From Vicugna vicugna (lineage: Eukaryota): a stretch of DNA of 64,000 nt. How positions within the stretch are numbered: position 1 is the first letter of the stretch; each line of letters opens with the position of its first letter. The stretch spans positions 2,441,523-2,505,522 of the forward strand of contig MU058463.1 of assembly GCA_013265495.1 (NCBI GenBank). Direction: 5' to 3'. Shown here piece by piece: positions 49,732-63,304 of the stretch. The translations under genes and the position numbers were made by a program. The notes under the pieces were generated by a model. It was not told where the DNA came from, did not search any database, and worked only from the letters and a program-made list of their open reading frames with translations.

Positions 49732-52039
49732 AAAAAATTATTGCTAAGACCAATATCAAAAAGTGTATTGCCTGTGTTCTCTTCTAGGAGTTCTATGGCT
49801 TCAGGTCTTACATTTAGCTGTGAAGTGACTCTCTTGTAGGCAGCATATAGGTGGGTCTTGTTTTAAATCCATTAAGCCACGCTAAGTCTTTCGAACGGAG
49901 AATTTAGTCCATTTACCTTTAAAGTGATTATTGATAGGTGTGTACATTGTTGTTTTGTTACTTGCTTTCTGTTTGTTTCTATAGTTCTCTTCCTTTCTTC
50001 TTTTAGCATCTTCTTTTGTGGTTTGATGATTTTCTGTAGTCTTATGTTTGGATTACTTTTTCTGTGTGTCTCTATTGTAGTTTTTTGTTTTGTGGTTACC
50101 TTGAGGTTCATATATATTGACCTACATATATGTGGCTGCTTGTTTTAAGCTAATAGTTACTCAAGTTTGGACACTTACTAAAGCTCTACATTTTTTACTC
50201 CGCCCCCAACATTTTGTTTTTGACATCATACTGTACATCTTTTTCTTTCATGTATCCCTTAGCTGCGTGTTATAGTTCGAGCTGGTTTCATGACTGTTGT
50301 CCTTTAACCTTCAGACTCTCATTTTAAGTTGTTGATCCTTGCCTTTACTATATATTTGCCTTTACCAGGGAGATTATTTTCTTTCGTGTATTTTCTTATT
50401 TCTAATTATGGCCTTTTCTTTCTCAGTTAAATTTTAACACTTCTTGTAAGGCTGGTTTAGTGGTGATGAGATCTTAGTTTTTGCATGGCTGGGAAACTCT
50501 TTAGCTCTCCTTCAATTCTGAATGATAACCTTGCTGGGTAGAGTACCTTGGTTGTGCGCATTTTTCCTTTCAGCACTTTATATATATCGTGCCGCCTGCT
50601 TATGTCCTGAAAAGTTTTGTTGAAAAATCAGCTGTTAACCTTATGGGGACTCCCTAGTATGTGATGTTTTTTTTTTTTCTCCTGCTGCCTTTGAATTTTT
50701 CTTTTTATCTGTAACATTTGCCATTTTACTTATGGCTTGTCTAGGTATGGATCTGTTTGACTTCATCGACTTCCTGTGCTTCTTGGTCCTGGATATTTGT
50801 TTCCTTCCCTAGGCTAGAAAAGATTTCAGCCATGATTTTATCAAATAAGTTTTTGCCATTTTATTTCTCTCATCTGTTTCTGGAACCCTGAATATGCAAA
50901 TATTAGTACACCTGATTTTGCCCCAGAGGGTCCTAAAACTATTTTTACTCTTTAAAATTCTTTTTTCTTTTTACTGTTCTGATTGGGTAATTTTCACTAT
51001 TCCAGGTTGCATATGTGTTCATCTGTATCACTTTATCTGCTATTGATTCCCTCTAGTGTATTTTTTAAAAATTTCAGTTGTTGTATTTTTTAGCTCTGAT
51101 TGGTTCTTTTTTATATTTTCTAACTCTTTTTAAAGTTCTCACTGTGTTTCTCCATTCTTCTGCCAAGTTTAGTGAGCATCTTTATGACTGTTGCTTTGAA
51201 TTCTTAATCAGGTAAATTACTTATCTTCATTTCTTCAGTTTTTTTCTAGGTTTTATCTTGTTCCTTCATTTGGAACAAATTCCTGTATCTTCTCATTTTG
51301 TTTGGCTTTCTGTGTTTTTTTTTTTTCTTTCCTATTAACTTGGCAAAAGAGTTACTTCTCCTGGCTGGCCTTGTGTAGGAGCAGCCCTATGCAGACTGTG
51401 TGTAACCTGTGGCTTTGGAGGGAGGGCTGGGCTGGAGCTGGGTGTGGGCCAGGTTTTTCCTGGGGTGTGGTGGGGGCTGCCACCTTGGTGGGAGGGCTGG
51501 AGCTGGATCTGGAGCTGGAGCTGTGTGCAAGCTGGGAGGAGGCAGGCTGGGGCAGTCTTGGCAGGCTAGCTAGAGAACCGGGTGCTTTGCATTCTGCTGC
51601 CTCTGCATTGAGATGAAGTGAGTTTGTGCATTAGCCTTTTAAGTGTAGAGTCTTGTTTTTCTACCACCCTCAATCTCTCCCAATCATAAGCCCTGCTGGT
51701 TTTCAAAACCAGTTATGAGGGTTTTTTGGGGGTCTACTTCCCTGTGCCAGTCTCCAGAACTTGGGTGCCCATTATGGTGCTTGAACCCCTCACTCCTTGG
51801 AGAGAACCTCCAAGTTTGTGATAGTCCTTCCTGTTTGTGGGTCACTGCACTGGGGGTGTGGGTCCTGACTAGATCACATCCCTACCCTTCCCACTTGTCT
51901 ACTTCCTCTACATCCTTAATTGTAGAAGAGCTGTTCTGCTAGTCTTCCAGTGAGAGCATGTTCTACATGTTGTAGTTTTTGTGTGTTTGTAGGAGAAGAT
52001 GCGCTCAGAATCTTCCTACTCCACCATCTTGATCCCCTC
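49732..52039 (-). mobile_element. L1 5' half (5' UTR, decayed ORF1, ORF2 start) with large ORF2 deletion
   Basis: 5' end gaggggatcaagatggtggagtaggaag...; GC-rich UTR at 51350-52000; ORF 49872-50111(-) ends HLSIITLKVNGLNSP (ORF2 endonuclease N-terminus). Confidence 0.85.
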
Positions 52040-52354
52040 AGGTCTCACTCTTAATGTTCCAAATTGCACTTGATGTCTGATCAGTTCAAGAAAGAAACAA
52101 GATACATGGCTTTAGATGTAGAAATATAGGTATGTATGAAAGGCAGAGACAGAGATCCTCCATTTATAGAAGAAAAGGATATTTACACTAAAACCCAGGA
52201 GAATTACTTGATAAACTGTTAGAACTAATAAGAGATAAAATAGAAAACCAAAAATATGAGTATTAAAAGATTTTCTCTACACAGCAGTAACCAATTAGGA
52301 AAAGCAATAAGATTAGAGACTTAAAATACCATGGGATAAACAAAAAATAAACAT

Positions 52355-53790
52355 TAATTCATTAAATGTTTGGAAGAATTCACCAGTGAAACCATCTGGT
52401 CCTGGGCTTTGCTTTGTTGGGAGGTTTTTTGATTACTGCCTTAATCTCCCTAGCTGTTATTTTTCTGTTCAAATTTTCTATTTCTTCATGAATCAGTCTT
52501 GGTAGGTTGTGTATTTCTAGGGATTTATCCATTTCTTCTAGGATGTCCAGTTTATTGGTGTGTAACTGTTTATAGTAGCATCTTATGAACTTTTGTTTTT
52601 CTGTGGTGACAGTTGTAATCCCTCCTGTTTTATTTATAATTTTATTTAAGTCTTCTTTTTTCTTGGCTAGCATAGCTAGAGGTTTGTCAACTTTTGAAAT
52701 CTTTCCAGACAACCAACTCTTTGTTTCATTGATTTTTTTCTATTGTCTTTTAGTCTCTATTTCATTTACTTCTGCTCTAATCTTTATTATTTTCTTCTTT
52801 CTGATAACTTTGGGTTTAGACTTTTCCTCTTTTTCTAATTCTTTGAGATGTTGAGTTGAGTTGTTTACTTGAGATCTTTCTTTTGTCTTAATGTAATCCC
52901 TTATCACTATAAATTTCTCTCTTAGAGCTGCTTTTTCTAATCCCGTAAGTTTTTGTTTGTTGTATTTTCATTTGTCTCAAGATGCTTTCTGATTTCCCTT
53001 GTTTCTTCTTTGACCCATTGGTTGTTCAGAAGTGTGTGTTTCATGTATTTGCGAATTTTTCCATTTTCCGACTGTTATGGATGTCTGGGTTTATATCATT
53101 TAGTCAGAAAAGATACCTGATATGATGTCAACCTTCTTAAATTTGTTAAGGCTTTATTTGTGGCCCAACATATGAATTATCCTGGAAAATATTTCATGTG
53201 TGCTTGAGAAGAATGTGTATTCTGTTGCTGTTGGATGGAATGCTCTGTGCGTGTCTGTTTGGTACATTTGGTATATAGTGTTATTTAGTGTTTTCTTATT
53301 AATTTTCTGTCTGAATGATCTGTCCAGTGTTGAAAGTGGGGTATTCAAGTCCCCTACTATTATTGTATTGCTGTCTATTTCTCCTTTTAGTTCTGTTAAC
53401 ATTTGTTTTAAATATTTAGGTGCTCTCATGTTGGGTGAATATGTATTTATAGTTGCTATATCCTCTTGATGAATCAACCCCTTTATCATTATATAGTTGC
53501 CTACTTTGTCCTTTGTGACCAATTTTGACTGAAGCTCTGTTTTGTTTGATATAAGTATAGTCATTCCTACTCTCTTTTGGTTAACATTTGCATAGGATTT
53601 TTTTTTCAATCCCTTTCCTTTCAGTCTATGTGTGTCCTTAGAGCTAGTCAGCCTCTTATTGGCAACATATTGTTGGATCTTATTTTTTTATCCTTTCAGC
53701 CACTCTGTGTCTTTTGATTGGAAAAATTAATCCATTTGCATATAAGTAATTATTGATAGGTGAGGGCTTGCTATTGACATTTTGTTAATG
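52355..53790 (-). mobile_element. L1 ORF2 endonuclease/linker fragment (pseudogenised)
   Basis: ORF 53154-53609(-) NQKRVGMTILIS...DKVGNYIMIKG...NTIIVGDLNTPLSTLDRS (APE-like endonuclease); ORF 52380-52712(-) KPLAMLAKKKE...EEMDKSLE...EEIENLNR. Confidence 0.95.
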
Positions 53791-54789
53791 GATTCAGAGC
53801 CATATGAGTACCTGTCATATGATCTAGACGGGGTGCATGGGCTCTGGGCGATGACAGAGGGTAAGGGCTTCTCTTGCATGGAATAAGGAGACTCCGATGA
53901 GGATGGCTGATCAGCTTGCACCTGTTTTCATCACTCCTCTTTAGGGCCTGGGTGCTGCCAAAATATCCCGACACTTTAGGAGGCCTGAGCTTTGGCTGAT
54001 GATTTCTACCTTCCAGTGGCAACAGGGCAACCCATCATCTCCCCAGGATGCATGGGGGAAGGAAAAGCAGACCTCAGAGCTTTCCCATCCCATCCCCCTA
54101 CCACTTGACCTTATGTGGTTGTCCTCTTTCCCCATCCCTCCAGACTACAGGTGTGCCTGACCTCAGTTCCTCCTGGGCTTCCTCTCCTCAGGCATTTCTT
54201 TGTATTCCTTTCTTAGTTTCCCACATCCATGCTTATCTTTCTCTTTTATAATTGCTCCAGGGTAGTTTTCAGGTACAAATGCCTCAAGCAGTATTGGTTC
54301 ACCATCTTAATGGAACCCCAAATTCATTTCTTTCTCCTTTTAACTGAGCTTCTTGAAAGCAGGGATAGCAAATTATTCATCTCTGTATCTCAGAAAATAA
54401 GATGAGGATTGAATCTCAATAAAAGTTTGTGGAATTGTCAAAGCATGCTAGAGAGCTGTAATAATCAGGCTGAGGTCTGGCTGGACCACGAGGCCGCTCT
54501 AATCAGTATGACTTCCTATCATTGTGGCCAAAGGAGTCAATGAGAACAGAAGTATTAGACCAATGATAGCAATGTTCATTGAGCCCTGAGCAAGAGTGGG
54601 ATTTTTATGTGACAAAGAACTGCTGTTGTAATCATAAATTCAATGATGATACGGATCCTTGAGATGTAGATCCAGAGACCTGCCCAAAAAGGGAATGGAG
54701 ATTGGCAGGACACAGTGTTTATACTGCTTGTAACATAGAGGACAGTCTGATTAAACAGTGAAAAATGTATAAAGTTCAACAGGTAAAAA

Positions 54790-55000
54790 ATGAATGCATG
54801 TAAAAAAATCAGTGAAATTCAGGTGAAGTCTGTTGATTGTATTGTGTCAATGTCACTTTCCTGGATTTGATAATGTACTAAAATCACGTAAGATGCTACC
54901 ATTGGGGGAAGCTGGGTGATCAGTAGATGAAACTTCTCTTTACTATTTTTGCAGTTTTTTATGAGTCTATAGTTATTCCAAAATAAGGAGTTAAAAAAAA
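54790..55000 (+). mobile_element. L1MB/L1MC-type 3' end
   Basis: aatgtcactttcctggatttgataatgtac...taagatgctaccattgggggaagctgggtga...gagtctatagttattccaaaataa. Confidence 0.7.
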
Positions 55001-55369
55001 GTCAAGTTTTTACTTACGAAGCACAAACAAAACATTTGTAAAATAGTGGAATCGGGGCAATATGCTTTAAATTGATGGGAAACAGGAGGAAATGTTACTT
55101 AATATTGTGAATGGTAAGTTTACAAAACTCTTTAGGAGATGGAAGGGGCCGAAAACAAATAGGTAGAAGAAAGGCATGGACAAGTGCACAGGTGATTAAT
55201 TCATGATTTACATTTAAAGGCAAAAGTGCTGTTTGGGCTGTAACTCGTAATTCCATTGACTGACACTCAGTGATAAAATATGCCACTGAATGAAAATAGT
55301 GAGATCAGCTGTTCATCAGGGCAATATTGTCCAAAATGGAGAAACAGTGTTCCACGTGGAATGTCCTCT

Positions 55370-55519
55370 GTAGCCAGGAGCCTGAATTTGAATCCAGACT
55401 CTGACAGCTACTAAATTATTTCACTTTTCTGAGCTTGGTTTTCTCATTGAAAATGGAGAAAAAGCGGCATCCACAGTGTAAGCTTCATGTGAAGGTTAAG
55501 TGAAAGAATGCACGTAAAT
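55370..55519 (+). mobile_element. MIR SINE (continues after the nested DNA transposon at ~55800)
   Basis: cctgaatttgaatccagactctg...tcacttttctgagcttggttttctcattgaaaatgg...gtgaaggttaagtga. Confidence 0.65.
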
Positions 55520-55799
55520 CAGGGTTTCTCACACTATTATGCCAAAGAACTATTTAAAAAAATTTTCTAAACTGTCATAGACCAATACTTTCGTAAAACA
55601 GAATAAAAATGATTATGGAAAAATTAAATTAAAAAAAAAGACAAACAAGAAGCCTGGGTTTTTGTTGTTAGATCCAATAGATATATAATTACTCCCTCAA
55701 ATGGCTATAAATATTTTTTAGCTTTTGGTCTCAAATTCTGTACCTAACTTGGTGTGGGCTGGTGACAAGTCGACCACATGTTGGTCGGGTGAAGCACTG
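55520..55799 (-). mobile_element. Non-autonomous hAT-Charlie MER element nested in MIR
   Basis: Termini cagggtttctc ... gaagcactg form hAT-type imperfect TIRs; the A-rich interior resembles Charlie-family MERs. Confidence 0.6.
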
Positions 55800-58700
55800 A
55801 AAGAGAATTTTAGCTCAGAACTTGGCTCGAATAATCAAACCTAACAGTAATCTCCTTATAGACCACTTAGTTTTCATCTTGTCTTTTTCCAGTTTCCTCT
55901 AAAAAAAAAACCCAAAACCAAACAAAACAGGTTCTCCCCCTTCTTTGAGTACTTGCTTGTTTTCAAGCAAGCCTCCTATGCTTAGATGTTACCATTTCTT
56001 TCCCCTGGAAGAAAGTCTCGCTCTCAGAGTGAGACAGTTCCCTTGAAAGTCTGGCATTTTCAGTGCCTACAATTGGGCTCGAGGAAGTACTATTCAAAAA
56101 CATTCAAAATATTAAAAAATAGTCTTAAAGCATAAATTGTTGGCTTTAAGAGCTGAATCAAGGAAATCTGTGGACAGGAGATCACAAAAGACAGCACCCT
56201 GTGGGGAGTTGGCTTTAGGAAATTCTTTGTTGTACACGTCCCTGTTGAAAATGTTCATATATGAATAAGGCAGCATGGCACATGGCTAGACATGCTAGAT
56301 TTTAAGTCTATGTCTTTTACTCACGGTTGTGACTTTGAACTTCTTTCTTCTTCTTTTGAGTGCTCAGGTTTGCTTTTGTATTCACTGGGGAGGACAAAAT
56401 CATGCTTGTAAGGAATTTGTTGATTAACTGATGACTTTAAAAGTTCTTTTGAAAGTTTAATTGAAACACTGTTGAAAAATAAGAAATCGTTGGGAATTCA
56501 ACAAAAACAGAGTATTTTAGAGTTGTGTACATTTTCAAATGTATTTATTAAGATGAAAGATCAAAAACAACTGGCTTGGTTGCCATGTGATAGGTTTATT
56601 CACAAAGTTTTGTTTATCTTGCCATTTGTTGATAAAATATTAATACATATTGAGCATAGTGCCTTCAAAAATCTTTAAAATGTAACTTCTCTAACTGTGA
56701 AAAGCTATTTGCACCTTAGCCAATAGAAGAACTAGAGAAGGGTTGCTTAGTTCAGAGTTTTTGAAACTGTTTATTTGCTCACTGGTATCTGCAGAGCAGA
56801 CTTCGCTTGTGTGTATTATGAAACTACCTCAACATTCTGCAAATTGGAACTTCCTCATTAGCTACCAAAGATGTCATGGTTTTCCTAAATGCATAGCGTG
56901 TTCTAGGCTTGTTTTCTGGGCACTATTTGGTTGGCAGATGATTTGAAATTACATTTAAACCTGTCATAAATCCCAAATCTCTTTGATTTTTATTTTTATT
57001 CACATTAATCTGTGATCATGAGATTGTCAATTATAAGTGTCAACAAGTAAAAACATTTTACACTGAGAAATTTTAATATTTATCCTGAAAGTAATAATGT
57101 TTTTAGTATCATTTGAAATTAGATTACTTTTGGATGGTTTTTTGCAAAAGAGTTTTCCCTTAGTATGATTTGATACATTGTATATAATCCGAAGTTTACA
57201 AATGTTTTATATAGTAATTAATTCAAAGGGCTATGTGTGAATATTTATAAAAATAGACTTATTCTTTTAAGTTGAAATTTGCTCAAAGTAGGTACAAAAG
57301 TTTTTGACAAGTTGACATACAAGAAGAGACACAAAGATAAAACTAAAAGATGATATTCATGTATTACAAAAATCAGTTTATATTTTAGAATCATATTTGA
57401 GACAAAGAAGAAATACATAATAAAAGATTGACTTTTATTGGGGGAAAAACAAGCAATCATTTGAAATCATAAAAGTCTTTTTGATTCAGATAGTACATAA
57501 TTTAGGAGTGACTTGGTGAAAAAGGAGCTTCTGGCTTGTTTGGCTTGCCCCTAGATGGTGATAAAATTGTTGCAGAGTGAAAAAGACAAGACAAAAAGAC
57601 AAATGTAAGCAGGATACTCAAATTCTTTCAGAAGGTTCTGGTTTTGATTCTTTGTGGTAAATTGACTTAAGCTGTCTGCTCCTTTTCACATTTTTGCTCA
57701 TGTGCACAAGGATAGTGCTTTTTAAGAGCCTTACGTCTGGGTATTTTCTTGACTCCTTCTCAACCTCGCATCTTCTGTCACCCACTACATCTGGCACAAA
57801 TGCAGACTGGGCACCTATTTTCTAAATTATCATCATTGACTCACCAAACTTCAATTTTGATAGTGGTCTATAGGAATCATAAAGACTGCTCAGATTAGGC
57901 TATACTCAAAATCGTTAAATGAGGGATTATATTGCATATGCAATCCTTTGCTTACAGTTAGAAAAAGGAACATGCTGAATAATTACATATCTTGATTAGC
58001 ACATCACAAGTTACACCAGAGTTTCATACTCCTTTGAAGACATATCATTCAGCAAGAAGTCCTCTGAGAACCGAGGAAACTGATTTTCGACGTGTTCCCC
58101 AAATTGAATACTGTTTCCTTTCTTAACAAATAAAAATTTCTAAGGGAAAAACACTGTACTATTTTTTATTGTTGTTGTTTTTGAATTCAGATGCATTTCC
58201 ATCTTGTATTTTCAACATGGCATGTTGGTTGAGGCTTTTCTCTGTTAGTGATAAGCCTGACATATAATTGATGAGATTAACAAAATTTTTAGGTGTTCAA
58301 CCACCTAAAATCTAACCTAAACAAGTTTAATATTCATCATTTTGGATAAAGACACAGAATTGTTACATTCAATTCAATCTGAGGAAAAATAATCCAACAT
58401 TTTAACAACTATTTCACCAACATTCTGTAAATGAAAATTTATTCATCTGATGGCTATCTTTAGATAGGCCACAAGATGTTGAATGTATATTTGCTATTCT
58501 GACATTGTATTAATATATTGCTTGTTCTAAGATAAAGGGTTCAGTCACAACCTCTCTATTGCTCAACGACTTTATCTATAAAATAAAGGGTATTCACCAG
58601 ATGATATCTAAATTTAATGATTTGTAACTAACATTCATGAGAAAAGCAGATAGCCAGTGACCTAATGAAGTATACATGCTTTTTTTTCTTTGAAAAATGA

Positions 58701-59984
58701 CTTTGTCATTTCAGTGAAAGATGTGTCATATTCCTTCGTAGTATAGGCACCATTCAGTTTGGTGTCAGAAAGGTGGTGTCATGGTGGAATCTCTGGGCAT
58801 GTTATTCTCAAGCCCTTAGAATCTGCAAAACTTGACCTCTAGCAAATCATCTTCTATCAGCACTTCAGTGTGAGATGTTGTACGACATATCACCTCTCCT
58901 TTATGAGTTAGTCATTTGAGTTATCATTTGCTGCAAATCACCGTTTTGCTCATAAAGGAGAGTATCTGCTTCATTAAAGAAGTAAATAAGAGCAAAACAA
59001 TTGGCTTTGAAATGAGTTTTCTTTTTAACTCTATTAAAATGAAGTACTTATTTAATGTAACATTTGATCTTGATTCTCTTCATGCAGTTCAAGAAGTGGC
59101 TTATATGTAGATCACTTTGATAATATGCTGCTAATTTCATTTGATACTGAACACACTTTCTTGCACAAGGTAGCTGGTTAATCTTACTGAATGTTTGTTG
59201 AATGACTATAAAGCAGAAGAAACCCCCAAATAATATGGTTGTTATTTATATGACATTTACAGGATACTGAAAAAACTTGATTTCCGAAAATTCTTATGAA
59301 AGTGCAATCAGAGACAGTGGAAACTAATATATAGCATCATAATGATATTTTACACTTACAGAAAAATACAAGAGACTTTAAATGATTTGTATTTTCCCCA
59401 TTAGTATTATAGATCCCTATAACTTATTTAATTAATTAAACCGTGTATTGTAGTCTAAGATTAGATGTTATATTCATATTGCTGGTGTATGCCAACAAAA
59501 CAACATCTTAACAATAGAATTACAAACACAAACTATATATACTGATTTTCTGATGAAATTTATCATCACCTTTGGGATTGTTTTATTAAACCATGGGATG
59601 TGTATGTAGCTTTTAGGGAAGGAATTCAAGCCCCCCCTTTTTTTTTCAAAATCCTTTGTGAATGTTGAACATCATTTTGGAAACCAGTGACAAATGACAC
59701 TTTAGTCATAGATCTCCACAGCAGTATCCACCAGGGCCTGTGTGCGCCAAACTTTATGAGACTTAGGAAGGCTCTTTGATTTCAATTACAGAAGAATAAA
59801 AATAAAAATCACTCTAGCCTTGTACAACAATTCCTACCAAAGATTAACTCCTTTAGAAAAAACTGAGTAGCTACTGGAACATAAGCATCTAAAATGCATT
59901 CTTTTTCATTTTTGTCACCTGGGTTAAGTCTAAGTATTAATATGTAGTTAAGTCTTAAAAACCACAGCACACTAATCATAAGGA

Positions 59985-60190
59985 CTACAGTTTACTGAGA
60001 GCTTATTGTTGTTAGGCATTTTACATGTGTCTCATTGAATCCCTACAATGGCTCTAGGTGGGTTTTGTTAACCGTCTTCTATGGATAGTTAAATGTTCTG
60101 TTCAAATTTATAGACTTACTAAGTGGTAGAACCAGAGTTTGGGCTCACATTGTTCTGACTCTGAAATCTGGACTGTTAATCACTGAGACC
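59985..60190 (-). mobile_element. MIR SINE
   Basis: tttactgagagcttatt...ctcattgaatccctacaa...aagtggtagaaccagagtttg...tctgactct. Confidence 0.65.
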
Positions 60191-60524
60191 AGTGCACCTA
60201 CAACTTGTGGTATTTAGTAGGACTGACTCCTGTAGTTATGAATGAAGTGATATGAAGAGAGATGGGAAACCCAGCCAGTTCTGTTGGCTGACCAGAGATG
60301 TCAATCATCTATTCAGTCTACGTGGTTTCAAATTAGTCTAAGGGCCATAATATGCTCTTCATGTATATATATATGTTTATTTTTTAATTTGGAAGATTCC
60401 AATTTATAAATTCTTTAATATAACAGATGCACAGCTCATTCCCAGAAATGATGTTGTCTAAAAAGCCATGTGTTATAAATAGCTGTTGAAAGCTCTGACA
60501 GAGTTTTCATAACGAAATAAGGTA

Positions 60525-61120
60525 TTTACATTATTTTCTTTTGCACTTTAAAGATGTTACTCCATTGGCTTTTGGCTTGTACAATTTCTCACAAGAAGAG
60601 CGCTAATAATTCTTTTTTTTTCTTTTGTTCTTTGATATGTAATGTGTCTTCTTCCTCCGCCTGATTTCAAAGTCTTCTCTTTCTCTTTGGTTTTCTGTGG
60701 TTTTCACAGGACATACCTACAGGGGTTTTGTTTGTTTATATGTTTGTTTTTGTAATTATTATTCTTGTTTCTGGGAGATAGTGTGATCTGTGGTTAGCTG
60801 TGTTTTATTATTTTTGGAAAATTCTTATCTATTATCTCTTCAAATATTTATTCTGCCCCATTCTCTCCTTCCTCTTCCACTTGTGTGGCGGCCTCATCTT
60901 CCTCCCATGGTCTGCGACAAATGGGCCAGGACTACTGTCTCCTGTCTCCTTGGAGACAACCAGTTTTCCTTACATTTTAGACTCTTTGCTCTGCAGCTTC
61001 TTCTCCCTAATGGATGTAAGAAAATTTCCAATTTTCTAGATTATCTGGCTTCTCTTGTTGGTAGGATGGGAGGAAACTGTTTCCCACTTTTTAACTCCTA
61101 GGCTGCAGCTGGAAGTGTCT
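60525..61120 (-). mobile_element. Old L1 5'/ORF1 fragment
   Basis: cactttaaagatgttactccattg...ttctctttctctttggttttc...ttggaaaattctt...tcttcaaatatt, an antisense ORF1-type pattern. Confidence 0.6.
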
Positions 61121-61350
61121 GACTTTTGAGAAGTTTATGACAAGGTATTTCCTTTTCAGATGGCTTGCAAGATATTATGCATATTTTATCAAACTTCTGG
61201 TCACTTCTTACTGAGGAGAATGTTCAACTGGTGTGTTATTCTGGCACATTTTATAGTTCTTTACAGATGTTTCTTCAGCATCATTATCAATTGTATGTCA
61301 CCAAACCTACTAGCTAGTAGCTAGTCAGTTTTTTAAAAGGAAAATCCCAG

Positions 61351-61855
61351 GAAATCTACTTCAGGATGACACCTGCACCCCAATGTTCATAGCAGCACTA
61401 TTTACAATAGCCAAAACATGGAAACAGCTTAAATGTCCATCAACAGGTGACTGGATAAAGAAGAGGTGGTATATTTACACAATGGAATACTACTCAGCCA
61501 TAAAAACTGACAACATAATGCCATTTGCAGCAACATGGATGCTCCTGGAGAATGTCATTCTAAGTGAAGTAAGCCAGAAAGAGAAAGAAAAATACCATAT
61601 GAGATCGCTCATATGTGGAATCTAAAAAACAAAAACAAAAACAAACAAACAAACAAAAACAAAGCATAAATACAGGACAGAAATAGACTCATGGACAGAG
61701 AATACAGACTTGTGATTACCAGGGCGGTGGAGGGTGGGAAGGGATAGACTGGGATTTCAAAATTGTAGAATAGATAAACAAGATTACACTGTATATAGCA
61801 CAGGGAAATATACACAAAATGTTATGATAAATCACAGAAGAAAAAAAAATAAAAT
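61351..61855 (+). mobile_element. Young L1 3' end with intact ORF2 C-terminus and perfect TSD
   Basis: ORF 61383-61625 [41 protein letters not shown]...ICGI*; 16-bp TSD aaaaggaaaatcccag at 61335-61350 and 61856-61871, preceded by TTTT. Confidence 0.95.
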
Positions 61856-62489
61856 AAAAGGAAAATCCCAGATATTGGTGCATGATGGCTACCTTCTCAA
61901 TTAACTGTATGATTTCTCCATAAAGTATATTCAATAGAGAAGATGAACAAAAGTTGATAGTTTATGAACAGTTTTGAATTCCACTGACAGTATTTTACTC
62001 TTCAATGCCCTCTCTTAAAAGAAGAGAACACCACTCAAATACATTTGAAAGAAAGCTAAATTTATTATAACTTATTATCGGTTTCTGTGCAAGAGGGAAC
62101 TGTATTTGTAGAATACAGTCTCTCTGAATGAAGCAAAGAGTGATCTTATAGTGGGTTTTGAGGAAGCGTGGAGTTTGGGGACTGCCGGCATTCAGGAGTA
62201 CTGAAGGAATCTACGACTAATAGATTTGGGTGAGTTTAAAACTGTTCTGTGGTTATTAGTTTATGACTTGAAAAAAGGCCACAGAACAGTTAGTCATGTG
62301 AATCTTTTTTGAGTTTGGAAAAGAGAAACTTTTAATTCTTACTCCATACTCAATTTAAGATAACAACCAGTTTAATATCATCCATATCTAATTCTTTGAT
62401 TGCATTTGATGAGTTGAGGTTCTGGGAAGTGAATGTTTGTGCAACAAAATCTGGGGCATGCAGTGACAGATGGCACAGCACGTTAGTGC

Positions 62490-62720
62490 ACCAATTAAGG
62501 TTTTTGGTTGCAAGTAGCAGAAACCAACTTATCTACTTCAGGGAAAAAAAGGAAATATAGATTGAAAGGATAGTAATGATCACAGAATTGATGGGTTAGA
62601 AGACTATGTGTGAAAAATAGGAAGAAACCAAGGCAGTTTCAGAGGTGTCAAGAAGCCAGATGTGAAAGGCACAAAGAAATTTTCTAGCAGGGATGATCTG
62701 TCTAGGATGAGAGTGCTTCC
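62490..62720 (-). mobile_element. Old MaLR LTR fragment (MLT1J-L-like)
   Basis: ggtttttggttgcaagtagcagaaaccaact...ttgaaaggata...tcacagaattgatggg. Confidence 0.5.
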
Positions 62721-62769
62721 AAGGCCCCCACCACTGCTGCTAGGGAGAATCCAGACATTCATTTTCTCA

Positions 62770-63300
62770 TGTGATTAATCAGTAAATATTTATTGAGAAC
62801 ATATTACATGCTAAATTCTGCTTCTAGTGCTAGAAATACAGTTGTTACTTCTTCCTTGAAATTTATGCTCTGAGGAGAAAGACATAATAAGTAGAAAAAG
62901 TAAATATATGTCAGATAATAGTAGATGCTCCAGGGAAAATGTGTCCTATACTTAGTGTAAAAGGGTTATGAAGGGTCAGGAACTGGAGAAATTGGGCTAC
63001 AACTTGATACAGGATATTCAAGGTGGCACCTACAGATTATGTGACATTTTTGCAGAGAACTGAAAAAAAGAAGTAGAAAGTAATGTAGATATGTGGAGGA
63101 GGAGTGTTCCAGACTGAGAAAATAGCAGATGCAAAAGCTCTGAGACACAAATGTGTTTGGGGAACAGCAAGGAGGTGGATGTGATTGAAACAGTTAGGTG
63201 TTGGGACAGTGGGAGGAGACAAAGTCAGAGAAAATAGGGGTCGGGTTGGGGTTAGCAGGACGGGGTTACAGGGACTTTGAAATACATTCTAAAGACCCTA
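62770..63300 (-). mobile_element. L2 fragment
   Basis: aaatatttattgagaac...ctagtgctagaaatacag...gagtgttccagactgagaaaatagcagatgcaaaagctctgag. Confidence 0.75.
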
Positions 63301-63304
63301 ACAT

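Noticed and set aside
52380..53609. Endonuclease-like ORFs as a host gene
   Set aside because: They are L1 ORF2 fragments broken by stops and frameshifts.
55953..56035. Two small inverted repeats (cttgcttg-tttt-caagcaag; gtctcgctct-c-agagtgagac)
   Set aside because: Stems of 8-10 bp are expected by chance in 64 kb.
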